Positions 51,384 through 60,798 of a stretch of 64,000 nucleotides of DNA are shown piece after piece; positions within the stretch are counted from its first letter, which is position 1, and each line of letters begins with the position of its first letter. Origin of the DNA: a virus (lineage: Duplodnaviria; Caudoviricetes); the IMG/VR virus record IMGVR_UViG_3300028581_000010. One strand, written 5' to 3'. A model generated the notes under the pieces. That model had not been told where the DNA came from. It ran no database searches and was given only the letters and a program-made list of their open reading frames with translations. The position numbers and the translations under genes are program-made.

Positions 51384-52260
51384 TTACTTCTGGTGTTAGG
51401 TTTACAGGTGAGCATAAATCAGTCTGCAGGAATGTCAAGCCTACAAACAGCGTATGCAGATTGGAGTTCTCCAAACTGGCCCCTGCGTCGTATTGATCGT
51501 ATTGTGCAGGTTCCACTGTTATACCGTCAATTATATTAATATTCGTGCCGGCTACAAGCGAAAACTTGTTGTCAGCGGCAGGAGGTATGCCGTTAATGTA
51601 GGATACGATCTGGGCACAGTCCTTTAGCGCGTCTGCTATGAACGAGGTAGTACAACTTAGCTTCAAACCCAAGCCGGCTGCAGCCTGTAGGTCTATAAGG
51701 TTGCCAGATATACCTATTCTGAAGTTATAACCTGCGCGCACACGCACATTTCCAGTCAGCGGTGGTGTATCAGTAGTTTGTAGCCCCAACATGCTCAATG
51801 TCTTAGGGGCATAACCAACAGAGTCGTACGTTGCGATTGCGGGGGATATATCTATCGAGCTGACGCCCAGCCACTCGTTACAAAACTCAAATACCGTGCA
51901 GGGCTCTACCGGAATAGCGTATGTATAAGTCCCAGCCGTAAACGCCTTGGCCCCCTCTCCGATTACAGCCAGGCTACCGGACTCCAAGCGTATATAGGCA
52001 GGATAGGCCTCCGCGGCGGTATCTGCTATGTGGAACTGGTCTCCGGTAGAAAAGGTCACCACGAGGCTCCTAGGAGCCATAACGGCCACTTCTGTAAGCG
52101 TGGTTGCCTGCGTTAGTGGTGAGGAGCTCACCAGAACCAGGTCTAGTAGGAAATTATCCGGCAGGGCGGTAGCGGGGCTGCTGGTCGACCACTTGCTTGC
52201 CTCCTCTAACAGGGGGTAGCCACGCAGCGCGTTCTCGTTAAGCCATTCTAGTACTTCCAT
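51376..52260 (-). CDS. tail/baseplate-associated paralogue 5
   Basis: N-terminal EWLNENALRGYPL and later INGIPPAADNKFSL. Confidence 0.7.
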   Translation of the reverse strand: MEVLEWLNENALRGYPLLEEASKWSTSSPATALPDNFLLDLVLVSSSPLTQATTLTEVAVMAPRSLVVTFSTGDQFHIADTAAEAYPAYIRLESGSLAVIGEGAKAFTAGTYTYAIPVEPCTVFEFCNEWLGVSSIDISPAIATYDSVGYAPKTLSMLGLQTTDTPPLTGNVRVRAGYNFRIGISGNLIDLQAAAGLGLKLSCTTSFIADALKDCAQIVSYINGIPPAADNKFSLVAGTNINIIDGITVEPAQYDQYDAGASLENSNLHTLFVGLTFLQTDLCSPVNLTPEVNA

Positions 52261-52261
52261 A

Positions 52262-52954
52262 TTATGCAGCCAGTGTAGTCGGCAGTAGGTTCGTTGTGGG
52301 GGTTGTTCCACCAACCAAGGACAGCATCAAACCCGCATTGCTGGTGTTGATCACCTTGACTACGTCGTTATCGGCAATAAAGATGTTGTTTTTAACTGGT
52401 TTTACCAAGTTTATCTGTTTTAGCGCATTTACTGCTCTGGAGGCATCGTACCTGTGATTGGATACTGCGTTAAAAGTTATTGAGTTCAGCTCGGTGTTAA
52501 CATTGTAGAACACGCATGTGTCATCCACTGTTCTCGACAGTAGTACATTTCCAAACAACCCGTCAAATGTGTAAACTGCGTCGCCAGATGGTATACTTTT
52601 CACCAGCGTTGGTACGAACGCCGCGTTTACCGGTAGCTGGCGGCCCTGGTATTCATTAAACAGCTGTTGCTTGCTTCCACCAAACACAACGCGCCCCAGA
52701 TAGCGCGTGCCATCATAAAATGTTACATACTTATCTTCTGCGGAGGCTGTGACGATCTGGTCACCTGTATCGAAGGTGATGCACACATCCGCAGAGTCGT
52801 CATACAACGCAAGATAACGTAGCTTGGGTATAAAACCATCAAACTGTATGAACGAAGCGTCGACGATAACACCTGACAAGCCGGTGTCGGAGCTGAATGG
52901 GTAGTTTCTAAGCAGATTCTCATTCTGCCAGGCTAGCGTGGTAAAGGTGGCCAT
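52262..52954 (-). CDS. tail/baseplate-associated paralogue 4
   Basis: AWQNENLLRNYPF and INLVKPVKNNIFI. Confidence 0.7.
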   Translation of the reverse strand: MATFTTLAWQNENLLRNYPFSSDTGLSGVIVDASFIQFDGFIPKLRYLALYDDSADVCITFDTGDQIVTASAEDKYVTFYDGTRYLGRVVFGGSKQQLFNEYQGRQLPVNAAFVPTLVKSIPSGDAVYTFDGLFGNVLLSRTVDDTCVFYNVNTELNSITFNAVSNHRYDASRAVNALKQINLVKPVKNNIFIADNDVVKVINTSNAGLMLSLVGGTTPTTNLLPTTLAA

Positions 52955-52955
52955 A

Positions 52956-53903
52956 TTATGGTTTAAATTGGTCCCATAGATTAAACTCAGGAGAGTTAAC
53001 TCCTATGAGAGAGGATGGTGGCGTTGCGGACCTTGAGTAGTATAGCTGTACCTTATCTGCCGACAAGTACGTAGGATTAATTGGAGGTATCAGCTTGCTG
53101 CGTGCGGTGCACAGCGAGTCTAATGTTAAATTCTGCGAAGAGTCGTCCCAACCTACCGTTGAGATGGCCATAACTCCATCGTCCTCGGAGATTCCGCTGA
53201 CGTTTCCTATAAACGTAACCGGTGTAGCGCCGACCAGATAGATATTACCCTCATTCTCCGGAGTTGCATCTGCCGGATATGGTGCCGTGAGGTTGATGGT
53301 CTCGATGATAGGTGTGAGACAGTTGCCGAAGAAGGTAGCGCGATCAGCGTTATTCTCCAAGCCAGAGGTAGAATCAACCTCCAATGCCACTGTGTTTGTA
53401 CTTATGGACTTAAACAGGTTTGTCAACAACCCGTAGCCTGTGAAACCGCGCACAGCGTCGCGTCCATCGGTTATGCTCAAAACGCCAGGTACGGTATAGC
53501 AAAATATACGGCTCTCCTCGACTGGTGTAGATGCGGGGCTAAAGATATATCCGCCCGGCGGAAACAAATCCAATATCGATGCTTTATTGCCAAAGGCTAT
53601 GGCACCATACACATACTTTGTGTAACGCGTCATACCTACGGACCAATTCTCCGCGGAGAAGTCTGTCTGAAATTTACCAAGGCACTGCGTTGCTGAGCTA
53701 ACGGTGACAGCCAACTCCTCGCCGTTATGCCAGAGCTGGCTTACATAAATGCCTAAATTATCGACAGTTGTTGTAATGGATAAGTCTACGATGAAGTCGT
53801 TGGGTAGAACAGTTCCCATGTCTGCTGCAAGGGTCGTGCCTGCCTTAAACGGAAAGCGTCTATACTGGTTCTTGTTGAAAAACTCTAAGGATGTAATGCC
53901 CAT
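52956..53903 (-). CDS. tail/baseplate-associated paralogue 3
   Basis: LEFFNKNQYRRFPF and INLTAP..EGNIYL. Confidence 0.7.
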   Translation of the reverse strand: MGITSLEFFNKNQYRRFPFKAGTTLAADMGTVLPNDFIVDLSITTTVDNLGIYVSQLWHNGEELAVTVSSATQCLGKFQTDFSAENWSVGMTRYTKYVYGAIAFGNKASILDLFPPGGYIFSPASTPVEESRIFCYTVPGVLSITDGRDAVRGFTGYGLLTNLFKSISTNTVALEVDSTSGLENNADRATFFGNCLTPIIETINLTAPYPADATPENEGNIYLVGATPVTFIGNVSGISEDDGVMAISTVGWDDSSQNLTLDSLCTARSKLIPPINPTYLSADKVQLYYSRSATPPSSLIGVNSPEFNLWDQFKP

Positions 53904-53904
53904 G

Positions 53905-56900
53905 TTACGCTGCCTCAAAAGTTAGTTTACATACACATGAGTCTGATGCTCCTCGTGTATTGATGGCTCTGATTATGAAGGTGAATGACGTTTCCGCTGT
54001 AGTAACCGTTGACCAAGTGCCGGACAACACTCCATCCGCGCTTATCGTTATGCCTGGAGGAGGAGTGCCGATTAGCCCGTATGAAGTAGGGTAGAACGCG
54101 GCTGAAACCCTGCCTATAGTGGCGTACGCGTGGTTCCTTATCAACTCACTTATGACATAAGTTGAACCGCTTTTCGTAGCATTTGTTATGCTTGTTACAA
54201 CCGGTATACCTCCATCCTTAGGGCGCAGCTTGAAGCTGACGGGTGCGGATGCTCCTGCAGAGTTAGAGGCTACCACTACAATGTCGGCCTGCAGTGCGTA
54301 GATGGTCGTCCCATATATTTCACCAGACGGCGCCAGTTTTAAACCTGTAGGCAGTTGTTCACCGGAATCGTCGATTGCAAACGTGGTAGCTGTATCGGCA
54401 GCCTTGCAGGTATCCAATGGTTGAGCAAGGCTGTATTCAGCGCCACGATAGAAGTCGATGTAGACTCCTTCGCCAGGCGAAAGAATTGTCGGCACAACCG
54501 CCTCGACATTTAAAAAGAATAACTGCGAAGAGCTTCCGACAGAGTTTGTTGCGGTAACCACAACGCTATATGTGCCTGCCGAAGCAGTGCTGCCTGTGAT
54601 CCTGCCGTAGGAGTCTATAGTCAAGCCTGTTGGAAGTCCTTCCGCTGTGTAGGCTGCCGCGAACGTGGAGGAGAGTACGGCACAGACAGGCTCGCTTTCA
54701 GGGTACTCTTGAAATGCGGCCAGCGTGATATATAACCCAACCGTAGGATATGTTATGTTAGGCGCCACACCTGCCACAGTCTGTATTGCTGTGGTGTGCT
54801 GGTCCGTGCCTGTATCGTTACTAGCAATGAACGTGCACATATAGGAAGTTAGCTCCTTCACAGTTACAGCGCCAGTTACAGCGCCAGTTACACTGTCGAG
54901 GAGCAGCCCTGGAGGCAGGTTAAGGGCGGTGTAAGCGCTCACATGCGTGCCAGTTACACGCAGCAATGGCTCAGCTTCCGTATAAGTTATATCCAGCAGC
55001 GCAGCCTGGGTCATAGGTGCCTCGATAGTTGGCGGAGTAGCGTGGGCGTAGCGTAGCAACACGTGCACCGTGTCTGAGCGCCAAGGAGACCCATCGTCAA
55101 GCATGGAAGTCGCGGTTAATGTGACAGGTGTATCTTGAATGGGTGCGGTCAGTTTACCCTTGATCCTACCTTCAGTGCTGAGCGTTAGCCCGCAGCTAGG
55201 GTCTAGTGATATGCTGACTTGCGCTTGTGGGTCACTGACGGAGATCGTCAACAATGGGTTTTCGTCGGTGTACTCACGCCCTCCGAATACGGTGATTTCT
55301 TGCCCGTCGACGGGGTTGGTAATTACCGGAGCCGCCATAAAGACTAATTTGTATCTTTTAGGGCGAGAGCTAACATAGCGCGTCTCCTCAAACCGCACCG
55401 AACGGACATCAATGAACATATAGGAAGTGCTTGCCCCAGACACCGCCGTATACCGTCCAGATAGTGTGAGCGATACAGGATTCACATCTGCTGTTTTGGT
55501 TATGAAAGAGGGCATGGCGTTCCCAGCATGTATCTCGATGAGCCCCAGATCGAACGCTTGCCCTGATGCGTCCTTTCCGTCGAACCGATGCCGGGCGTAT
55601 ACGCCATCACGAAATATTAACGCAGGAGGCTCGCCGTCAGGATCTACTGGTTGGTCGTTGAGGTAGACGCTGCCGGGCTTTGGTGCGGTCGGCACAGCTA
55701 GTACTCTTGTAAAGGTCTCAGTACCAAGCTGCACCTCTAAAGACGCTCCGAGTGGCTCCCCGGTTGCCTGCGCCTCCAAAACTATTTCTGAAAATGCGTA
55801 ATCTCGACAACCAAGAATACCGCTTGCCACGTTGTATTGTACTTGCGGGCGGGTGCTGTTGGCATCTGCAAAACGCAACTTAACAGATCCAGGCGTGAAC
55901 GAAGTCCCGCTTGCTGGTGTATATGCTACTACGAACGCAACTGGCGTTCTTCCTGGGTTGTATAATCCGACGGACACCCCCATGAAAGTCGTGTACGCCC
56001 CGCTTTGCGACCATGCCTCACTTGTGTTCGCGACTACCTCAATGTAGGGCTTAGAATTTGCCTCGACCGATAATGTGTTGTACTCGCTGATGGTATGCGC
56101 AAAAGTCGCTCCCACGCCAAAGTCTTCTACTCGGAAGTAGAATGGTCCATCTGCAGTTGTTGCGGCAGGAATACCGTCCAGTATAACTGTTGTAGACTCA
56201 AGCTGTTCCGGAGTATCCGTTACAACTTCCACAATTTTATGCTTTCTAACATCACCTGCAGCGTAGCGTATGAGTAAGTTGCGCCCTTCATGAAAATACT
56301 TGGAAAAGCTCCCATTACATTTTATACCGGAGCGCGCCCAGTCTGCGGGTAGTGTGGCACAAAATGAACTAGCTACAAAGGTAGTTGTTGTGGGAATCGC
56401 TGTGATTAGTCCTCTGGTTTCACTAGCATTCTTAACAAAGTCCACGATATCCTGCAACCCATCTGCAAGCCGGTTCATGTAACCCGCTGTAGCGTTCACA
56501 GCTTCTGGCGGGCACTTCGGCTTACAATTGTTCGAAATTAGTATCGTATTGCTGATGTCCGTAGCGCCTGCGAAGGTATCACCGTTATAAAGAGGAAATA
56601 GATAGTATGGACGCAGCGGGCTTGGATCGGAGCTGTCGTACTCCAGCTTCTTACTATACGTCAGCAACGATAGCGAGTAACAACTGCTGGTGGCCAGATA
56701 TATATGCCCCCGGTCATCAGGGGCCAACTTGTTTATAGAGTATATACCAGTTCTATTAGAGCAGGGGTCGTACAGGCCCAGCCCAAGACCCCGGCCAACA
56801 TACATGCCGATTCCGGCTGAAGGCTCACCTAAAAACTTAGTGTTTGTGCCTCTCGCGATATAGGGGGCGAGAGTATCAGTGCTGGCGTAACTGTGAGCTG

Positions 56901-57378
56901 CCGCATATGTATTATCGGCTTGTACGTTTGAAAATGTAAGGCTTTTTACAACAGGCGCGTAAAGTGCAATAGCTCCCGAGGAGACCTCTGCTTCTTCCTT
57001 AGTATACGTATAATCGAAGGCTGCGCCAGCGCATAGCGTAACTAAACCTGCACCAAAAACGAGCTTAGCACTCAACGCTTCGTTAGAGAACGCGTAGAAC
57101 GCCACATCTTTATTGTTCAGGTGGTCGACGACGTCGGCATGGTTCACCTCGATTGTTGCCAGCGTTGCTGCAGCTAGGCAGTCCTTGAAAGTGATATGCA
57201 ACAGACCGCCGTCGGTGCGTATGCGCTGCATGTAGATGCGCTTTACACTCTTGCTCTTGGGGGCAAGAAGCATGTCTAGAAACCAGCTCTCTTGAATCGG
57301 GTTGGCAGCAACGGCGACAGCATCCTTAAACGGATATGCTATCAAACTGTTGTTCGTAAGATACTCAAGGGCAGCCAT
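53905..57378 (-). CDS. tail/baseplate-associated paralogue 2 with C-terminal putative Ig (He_PIG-like) repeats
   Basis: LEYLTNNSLIAYPF and SINKLAPDDRGHIYL, plus about five (L)PxGL.l...G.i.G repeats. Confidence 0.75.
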   Translation of the reverse strand: MAALEYLTNNSLIAYPFKDAVAVAANPIQESWFLDMLLAPKSKSVKRIYMQRIRTDGGLLHITFKDCLAAATLATIEVNHADVVDHLNNKDVAFYAFSNEALSAKLVFGAGLVTLCAGAAFDYTYTKEEAEVSSGAIALYAPVVKSLTFSNVQADNTYAAAHSYASTDTLAPYIARGTNTKFLGEPSAGIGMYVGRGLGLGLYDPCSNRTGIYSINKLAPDDRGHIYLATSSCYSLSLLTYSKKLEYDSSDPSPLRPYYLFPLYNGDTFAGATDISNTILISNNCKPKCPPEAVNATAGYMNRLADGLQDIVDFVKNASETRGLITAIPTTTTFVASSFCATLPADWARSGIKCNGSFSKYFHEGRNLLIRYAAGDVRKHKIVEVVTDTPEQLESTTVILDGIPAATTADGPFYFRVEDFGVGATFAHTISEYNTLSVEANSKPYIEVVANTSEAWSQSGAYTTFMGVSVGLYNPGRTPVAFVVAYTPASGTSFTPGSVKLRFADANSTRPQVQYNVASGILGCRDYAFSEIVLEAQATGEPLGASLEVQLGTETFTRVLAVPTAPKPGSVYLNDQPVDPDGEPPALIFRDGVYARHRFDGKDASGQAFDLGLIEIHAGNAMPSFITKTADVNPVSLTLSGRYTAVSGASTSYMFIDVRSVRFEETRYVSSRPKRYKLVFMAAPVITNPVDGQEITVFGGREYTDENPLLTISVSDPQAQVSISLDPSCGLTLSTEGRIKGKLTAPIQDTPVTLTATSMLDDGSPWRSDTVHVLLRYAHATPPTIEAPMTQAALLDITYTEAEPLLRVTGTHVSAYTALNLPPGLLLDSVTGAVTGAVTVKELTSYMCTFIASNDTGTDQHTTAIQTVAGVAPNITYPTVGLYITLAAFQEYPESEPVCAVLSSTFAAAYTAEGLPTGLTIDSYGRITGSTASAGTYSVVVTATNSVGSSSQLFFLNVEAVVPTILSPGEGVYIDFYRGAEYSLAQPLDTCKAADTATTFAIDDSGEQLPTGLKLAPSGEIYGTTIYALQADIVVVASNSAGASAPVSFKLRPKDGGIPVVTSITNATKSGSTYVISELIRNHAYATIGRVSAAFYPTSYGLIGTPPPGITISADGVLSGTWSTVTTAETSFTFIIRAINTRGASDSCVCKLTFEAA
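54861..54892 (+). repeat. 12-bp tandem repeat (CAGTTACAGCGC x ~2.7) encoding GAVT repeats
   Basis: Read directly. In frame within the Ig-repeat region. Confidence 0.8.
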
Positions 57379-57397
57379 AACACAATTCTACACCAAC

Positions 57398-58300
57398 TTA
57401 CGGTGTTGGGCAATTGCAATTGGCGTTTGTAGTGCTTAGATACGTGGTAAGCTGTACGTTGAGGTTATCGTAGTAGTTCTTGAGACTCAGGAAGTTATTC
57501 TCGAGGCTTACCAGCCTGCCTGTGAGGTCGGCTAGGTCGTCGCACCCAGAGCATGGTGTGCAGCAAGTGTCTGTAAAGCTCAGCGTGTAGGCAGCGGTAT
57601 TGGTGACACTTAAACAGTTCAATCCAAGTAGATTTATGTTCCCTTCGGCGTCTGGGCCTACACCGTCGATTGTCTTAACACATGTGTCGTAAACACATGC
57701 TTTATTAAGACCTAGCCCATCGCCAGCGTCCAGTATCACGTAGTTCTCAAGCTCGTCGAAGGTGAAGCGTAGGTTAGTTCTTGAGGCGAGCGTTACATTG
57801 CCAGTGATAGAGGTCTCTCCGTTCACGTCATCTGTAAAGCGTATGCGTGATATACCCTTCATGGAAGGTATCGCTGCACGCGCCTCAAACTCAGTAGCTG
57901 CTAATTCAAACGTAAACTCTCCTGTGGGTTGCTCTTGGAGGTCAGCTACGCGGCCAATAGTAATCTTACCGTTCGCTCCAGCGAAAGCAGCCGTCTCTTC
58001 AAGATAGTAGTCGTCGTTGATGGTATGCGTGTTTAAATCCACCTGCACGTAGCCAACTACAGAGGTAGTTCCTGCCAGATCTGCGGAGATCTCTAATACA
58101 AAGCTCGTGAGCTTGTTAAATAGGCTCGAGATGAAGTATCTCTCCTGAATATCTCCGCCCACTGCCAGGGTGGCATCTACCAACAAGGAGTCCGGTATGA
58201 CAAAGTTGCCGTCGGTGCTAGTTGCCGATGATCCCTCGCGCAAAGGATAGCGCCTTACCGAGTTAAGGTTAAGATAGTCGAGCGAATCAATGAAGGGCAT
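57398..58300 (-). CDS. tail/baseplate-associated paralogue 1
   Basis: LDYLNLNSVRRYPL and TIDGVGPDAEGNINL, with a Cys-rich C-terminus. Confidence 0.7.
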   Translation of the reverse strand: MPFIDSLDYLNLNSVRRYPLREGSSATSTDGNFVIPDSLLVDATLAVGGDIQERYFISSLFNKLTSFVLEISADLAGTTSVVGYVQVDLNTHTINDDYYLEETAAFAGANGKITIGRVADLQEQPTGEFTFELAATEFEARAAIPSMKGISRIRFTDDVNGETSITGNVTLASRTNLRFTFDELENYVILDAGDGLGLNKACVYDTCVKTIDGVGPDAEGNINLLGLNCLSVTNTAAYTLSFTDTCCTPCSGCDDLADLTGRLVSLENNFLSLKNYYDNLNVQLTTYLSTTNANCNCPTP

Positions 58301-58301
58301 G

Positions 58302-60221
58302 TTAGATGCTCCAATAGATACCAAGCAGGCCTATGTCTCCAGTATAATCTCCGCTTCCAAGTAATGCACGAGTAAGTTTGAAGTTAACTATGGCGTCAGC
58401 AGTCAGTGCCGCCTGCGGTACAACAAGTGTTGGACTGCTTACCTTGACAATAGTGTTCAGCGTGTAGCTGGTTGGCGTAGCTGTGAGCGGAAAGCTGGCG
58501 GTTACCGGTGAAGAGGCGGCGCTTGTAATAGCCACTCCCAGCTTGCTAACAGCATACTGAAAGGTGAGCGCTACGTTTCTAGTTGTCTCTGTTCCGTATG
58601 AGCGCGAACCGAACAAATGAAGCGTTAACTTAAGGTTAGATGTTATTGCGTAGCTGCTTGGCAGGATTATCTTACCGATCAGTGCATATGGTGTGCTGAT
58701 TGTGGCGAAGTATGGCAGCTTGATATAGGAGTTAAGCCCCATAAACTCCAGAGAAGCATTGACGGGTTCTATGGAGTCTACAAAGCCGGTTAGGCCTTCG
58801 TCCTTATAAGATACCTGGTATTTGCCTTCGCCAGATCCTACTTCTGTGACCTTGATGTCTCCTGCGCCTGTAAGCTGCGAGACCACAGGCGTCACCCCCT
58901 TGAGAAACTTACCCGTATTGTCGTCGAATGTCAGCGATGATACCGCGGTACCTGTGTTTGCCTCAGTCACGGTGAACTCAGGCACGATCTTCGCATACAG
59001 GTCGCCAGTGAAGGCCTCCTCTGTGGGATTGTCCTTGCTATAGAACCTAATCAAGGATGTGCCTCCATAGAAAGGTCTCAGTGAGCTAACCAGCTGCGTG
59101 CGCAGGGCTGGGTTAAACTTGGAAAAGCTTATGAATGTACGTGGACGTAGTTCGTCCGATCCTTTCGTGGTAGGCCAGTCGGTAGTCTCCCACACGCCGC
59201 TAGCTAAATCCGAAGCCCAGGGCTGTTTACCGTCCTCATCTGAGTACCACCACAACCCATACTGGTCCACGCTGTAGATACCGTCCGGCGTATAATCATC
59301 CATCAACCTCTGGGTGATACCGTTTACAGTTATCTGCACAAAATTAGAAGGAATTGGCGGTAAAGCTGCCTTGAGTTCACTAGCCTCAATCTTCTCATTA
59401 TCGGTCAAATTGTCATCGTACTGGTAGTCTCCACCAGGAATATAGTAAAAAAACTTAGCCCCTGCCGGAATAGCTACACCAGGTAGCACTGTTGCAGACG
59501 CTGTGACCCACCCCAGTTTACCGACAGCGCTAGCCGCAGTTGTATCAGGCAGCGTCCATGTGCCGGTTGTGAGCAATGGGGTGCCGGCCGGTCTATCTAG
59601 TACGTTGTAGCGATAGTTGATAAAGAACTGAGAGAACTCGTCTACGCTTGGCTGCAATAGAAAGGATGTTTTTGACAGCGCATAACCCACATATACAGGA
59701 ATACCTGCAGGGTTCTTGGTGATCTTGCCCGGATATCTGCGCGACAAGTAATACGGGCCCACCTCGAATGTTTCTGGCGAGGAAGCGTCCTGTTCTATCA
59801 GCCCATACACGGCATCATCCAGGTTGTAGCTTAGCTCGCAAAGCCCGTGAATGTATAAGTCGGCCTTCGTACCAGAGGCGTTGAGGCCGCGCACAATACC
59901 AAATGTAAAGTTTGAGTCAGTCGGAGCATACATCGAGCGCGCGTTAGAGGAAGAAAAGCCAGTAATAGCTTTGTCCAACCCAGTACCATTCACATCCTCT
60001 TTATAATAAGCCACGCTTAGCCCTACACCAAAAGTAGCGTCGGGATGTACTGGTTGGTCGAAAGCAAGCAGCACAGATTTACCGAGCAGCTCGTTGAACT
60101 TCTCGTAAAGATGTTGGTCGCGCTGAATAAGTTGATCCAGCGGCGGATTAACGGTAGACTGCTCTACAGTCTCACCGTCTTTAATTTTTCTTACAGCGGG
60201 TACCCATGGTGTAGCTGACAT
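58302..60221 (-). CDS. putative tail fibre/baseplate protein
   Basis: N-terminal NPPLDQLIQRDQHLYEK resembles tail-fibre attachment helices. Confidence 0.55.
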   Translation of the reverse strand: MSATPWVPAVRKIKDGETVEQSTVNPPLDQLIQRDQHLYEKFNELLGKSVLLAFDQPVHPDATFGVGLSVAYYKEDVNGTGLDKAITGFSSSNARSMYAPTDSNFTFGIVRGLNASGTKADLYIHGLCELSYNLDDAVYGLIEQDASSPETFEVGPYYLSRRYPGKITKNPAGIPVYVGYALSKTSFLLQPSVDEFSQFFINYRYNVLDRPAGTPLLTTGTWTLPDTTAASAVGKLGWVTASATVLPGVAIPAGAKFFYYIPGGDYQYDDNLTDNEKIEASELKAALPPIPSNFVQITVNGITQRLMDDYTPDGIYSVDQYGLWWYSDEDGKQPWASDLASGVWETTDWPTTKGSDELRPRTFISFSKFNPALRTQLVSSLRPFYGGTSLIRFYSKDNPTEEAFTGDLYAKIVPEFTVTEANTGTAVSSLTFDDNTGKFLKGVTPVVSQLTGAGDIKVTEVGSGEGKYQVSYKDEGLTGFVDSIEPVNASLEFMGLNSYIKLPYFATISTPYALIGKIILPSSYAITSNLKLTLHLFGSRSYGTETTRNVALTFQYAVSKLGVAITSAASSPVTASFPLTATPTSYTLNTIVKVSSPTLVVPQAALTADAIVNFKLTRALLGSGDYTGDIGLLGIYWSI

Positions 60222-60222
60222 A

Positions 60223-60777
60223 TTATAGATCGATCTTAATTCCCCAAACAATGTTCAAGTTGTAATTGGCATTGTAGACAATGCTGTTAAACTGCGTGCG
60301 CGAAAACACAAGGTCTTGAGCAGCTGTGGTTGGGTCCATAGCAGCCACCAACCCCACCTCAAACAGCTTACTCACATCAGTTTCAAGACTAGCACCTACT
60401 GTCTCATTAGCGGAGGTGACCATAGTTGAAAACAGCACTATGTTATCTTCGTAGCCGGCGTCTGATAAGTAGGTAGGCTCGAATGTGAGCGGCTCACGTA
60501 TGTAGCCGAAGTCTACAGATGACTTAAATGGATCAGAGTAGTTCTCGTCGATGTTCGGGGCAGTGAAGCTTCCGCTTGCATTATTGTAGCCTATGTACAT
60601 TCCCCAAATCTTAGCGTTCAACTTTCCAGCAAGAGCGTAGGCCATAATTTTTGCGCCAGCCTTGAGAATCATATTGGGCTGGTCTACGAGCAAGTGCTGA
60701 GCGCCGCTGGAGGGCTCCACCTCAAATATTTTAACAAAGCCGGACATGGTGTGCTTGGGCATAGATTCAAAATTCAT
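60223..60777 (-). CDS. putative baseplate/tail-fibre-attachment protein
   Basis: N.IL..G...A..EVGL..VFSR..F.......NIVWGI pattern. Confidence 0.55.
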   Translation of the reverse strand: MNFESMPKHTMSGFVKIFEVEPSSGAQHLLVDQPNMILKAGAKIMAYALAGKLNAKIWGMYIGYNNASGSFTAPNIDENYSDPFKSSVDFGYIREPLTFEPTYLSDAGYEDNIVLFSTMVTSANETVGASLETDVSKLFEVGLVAAMDPTTAAQDLVFSRTQFNSIVYNANYNLNIVWGIKIDL

Positions 60778-60798
60778 ACGATTATTTTATTATATAGC

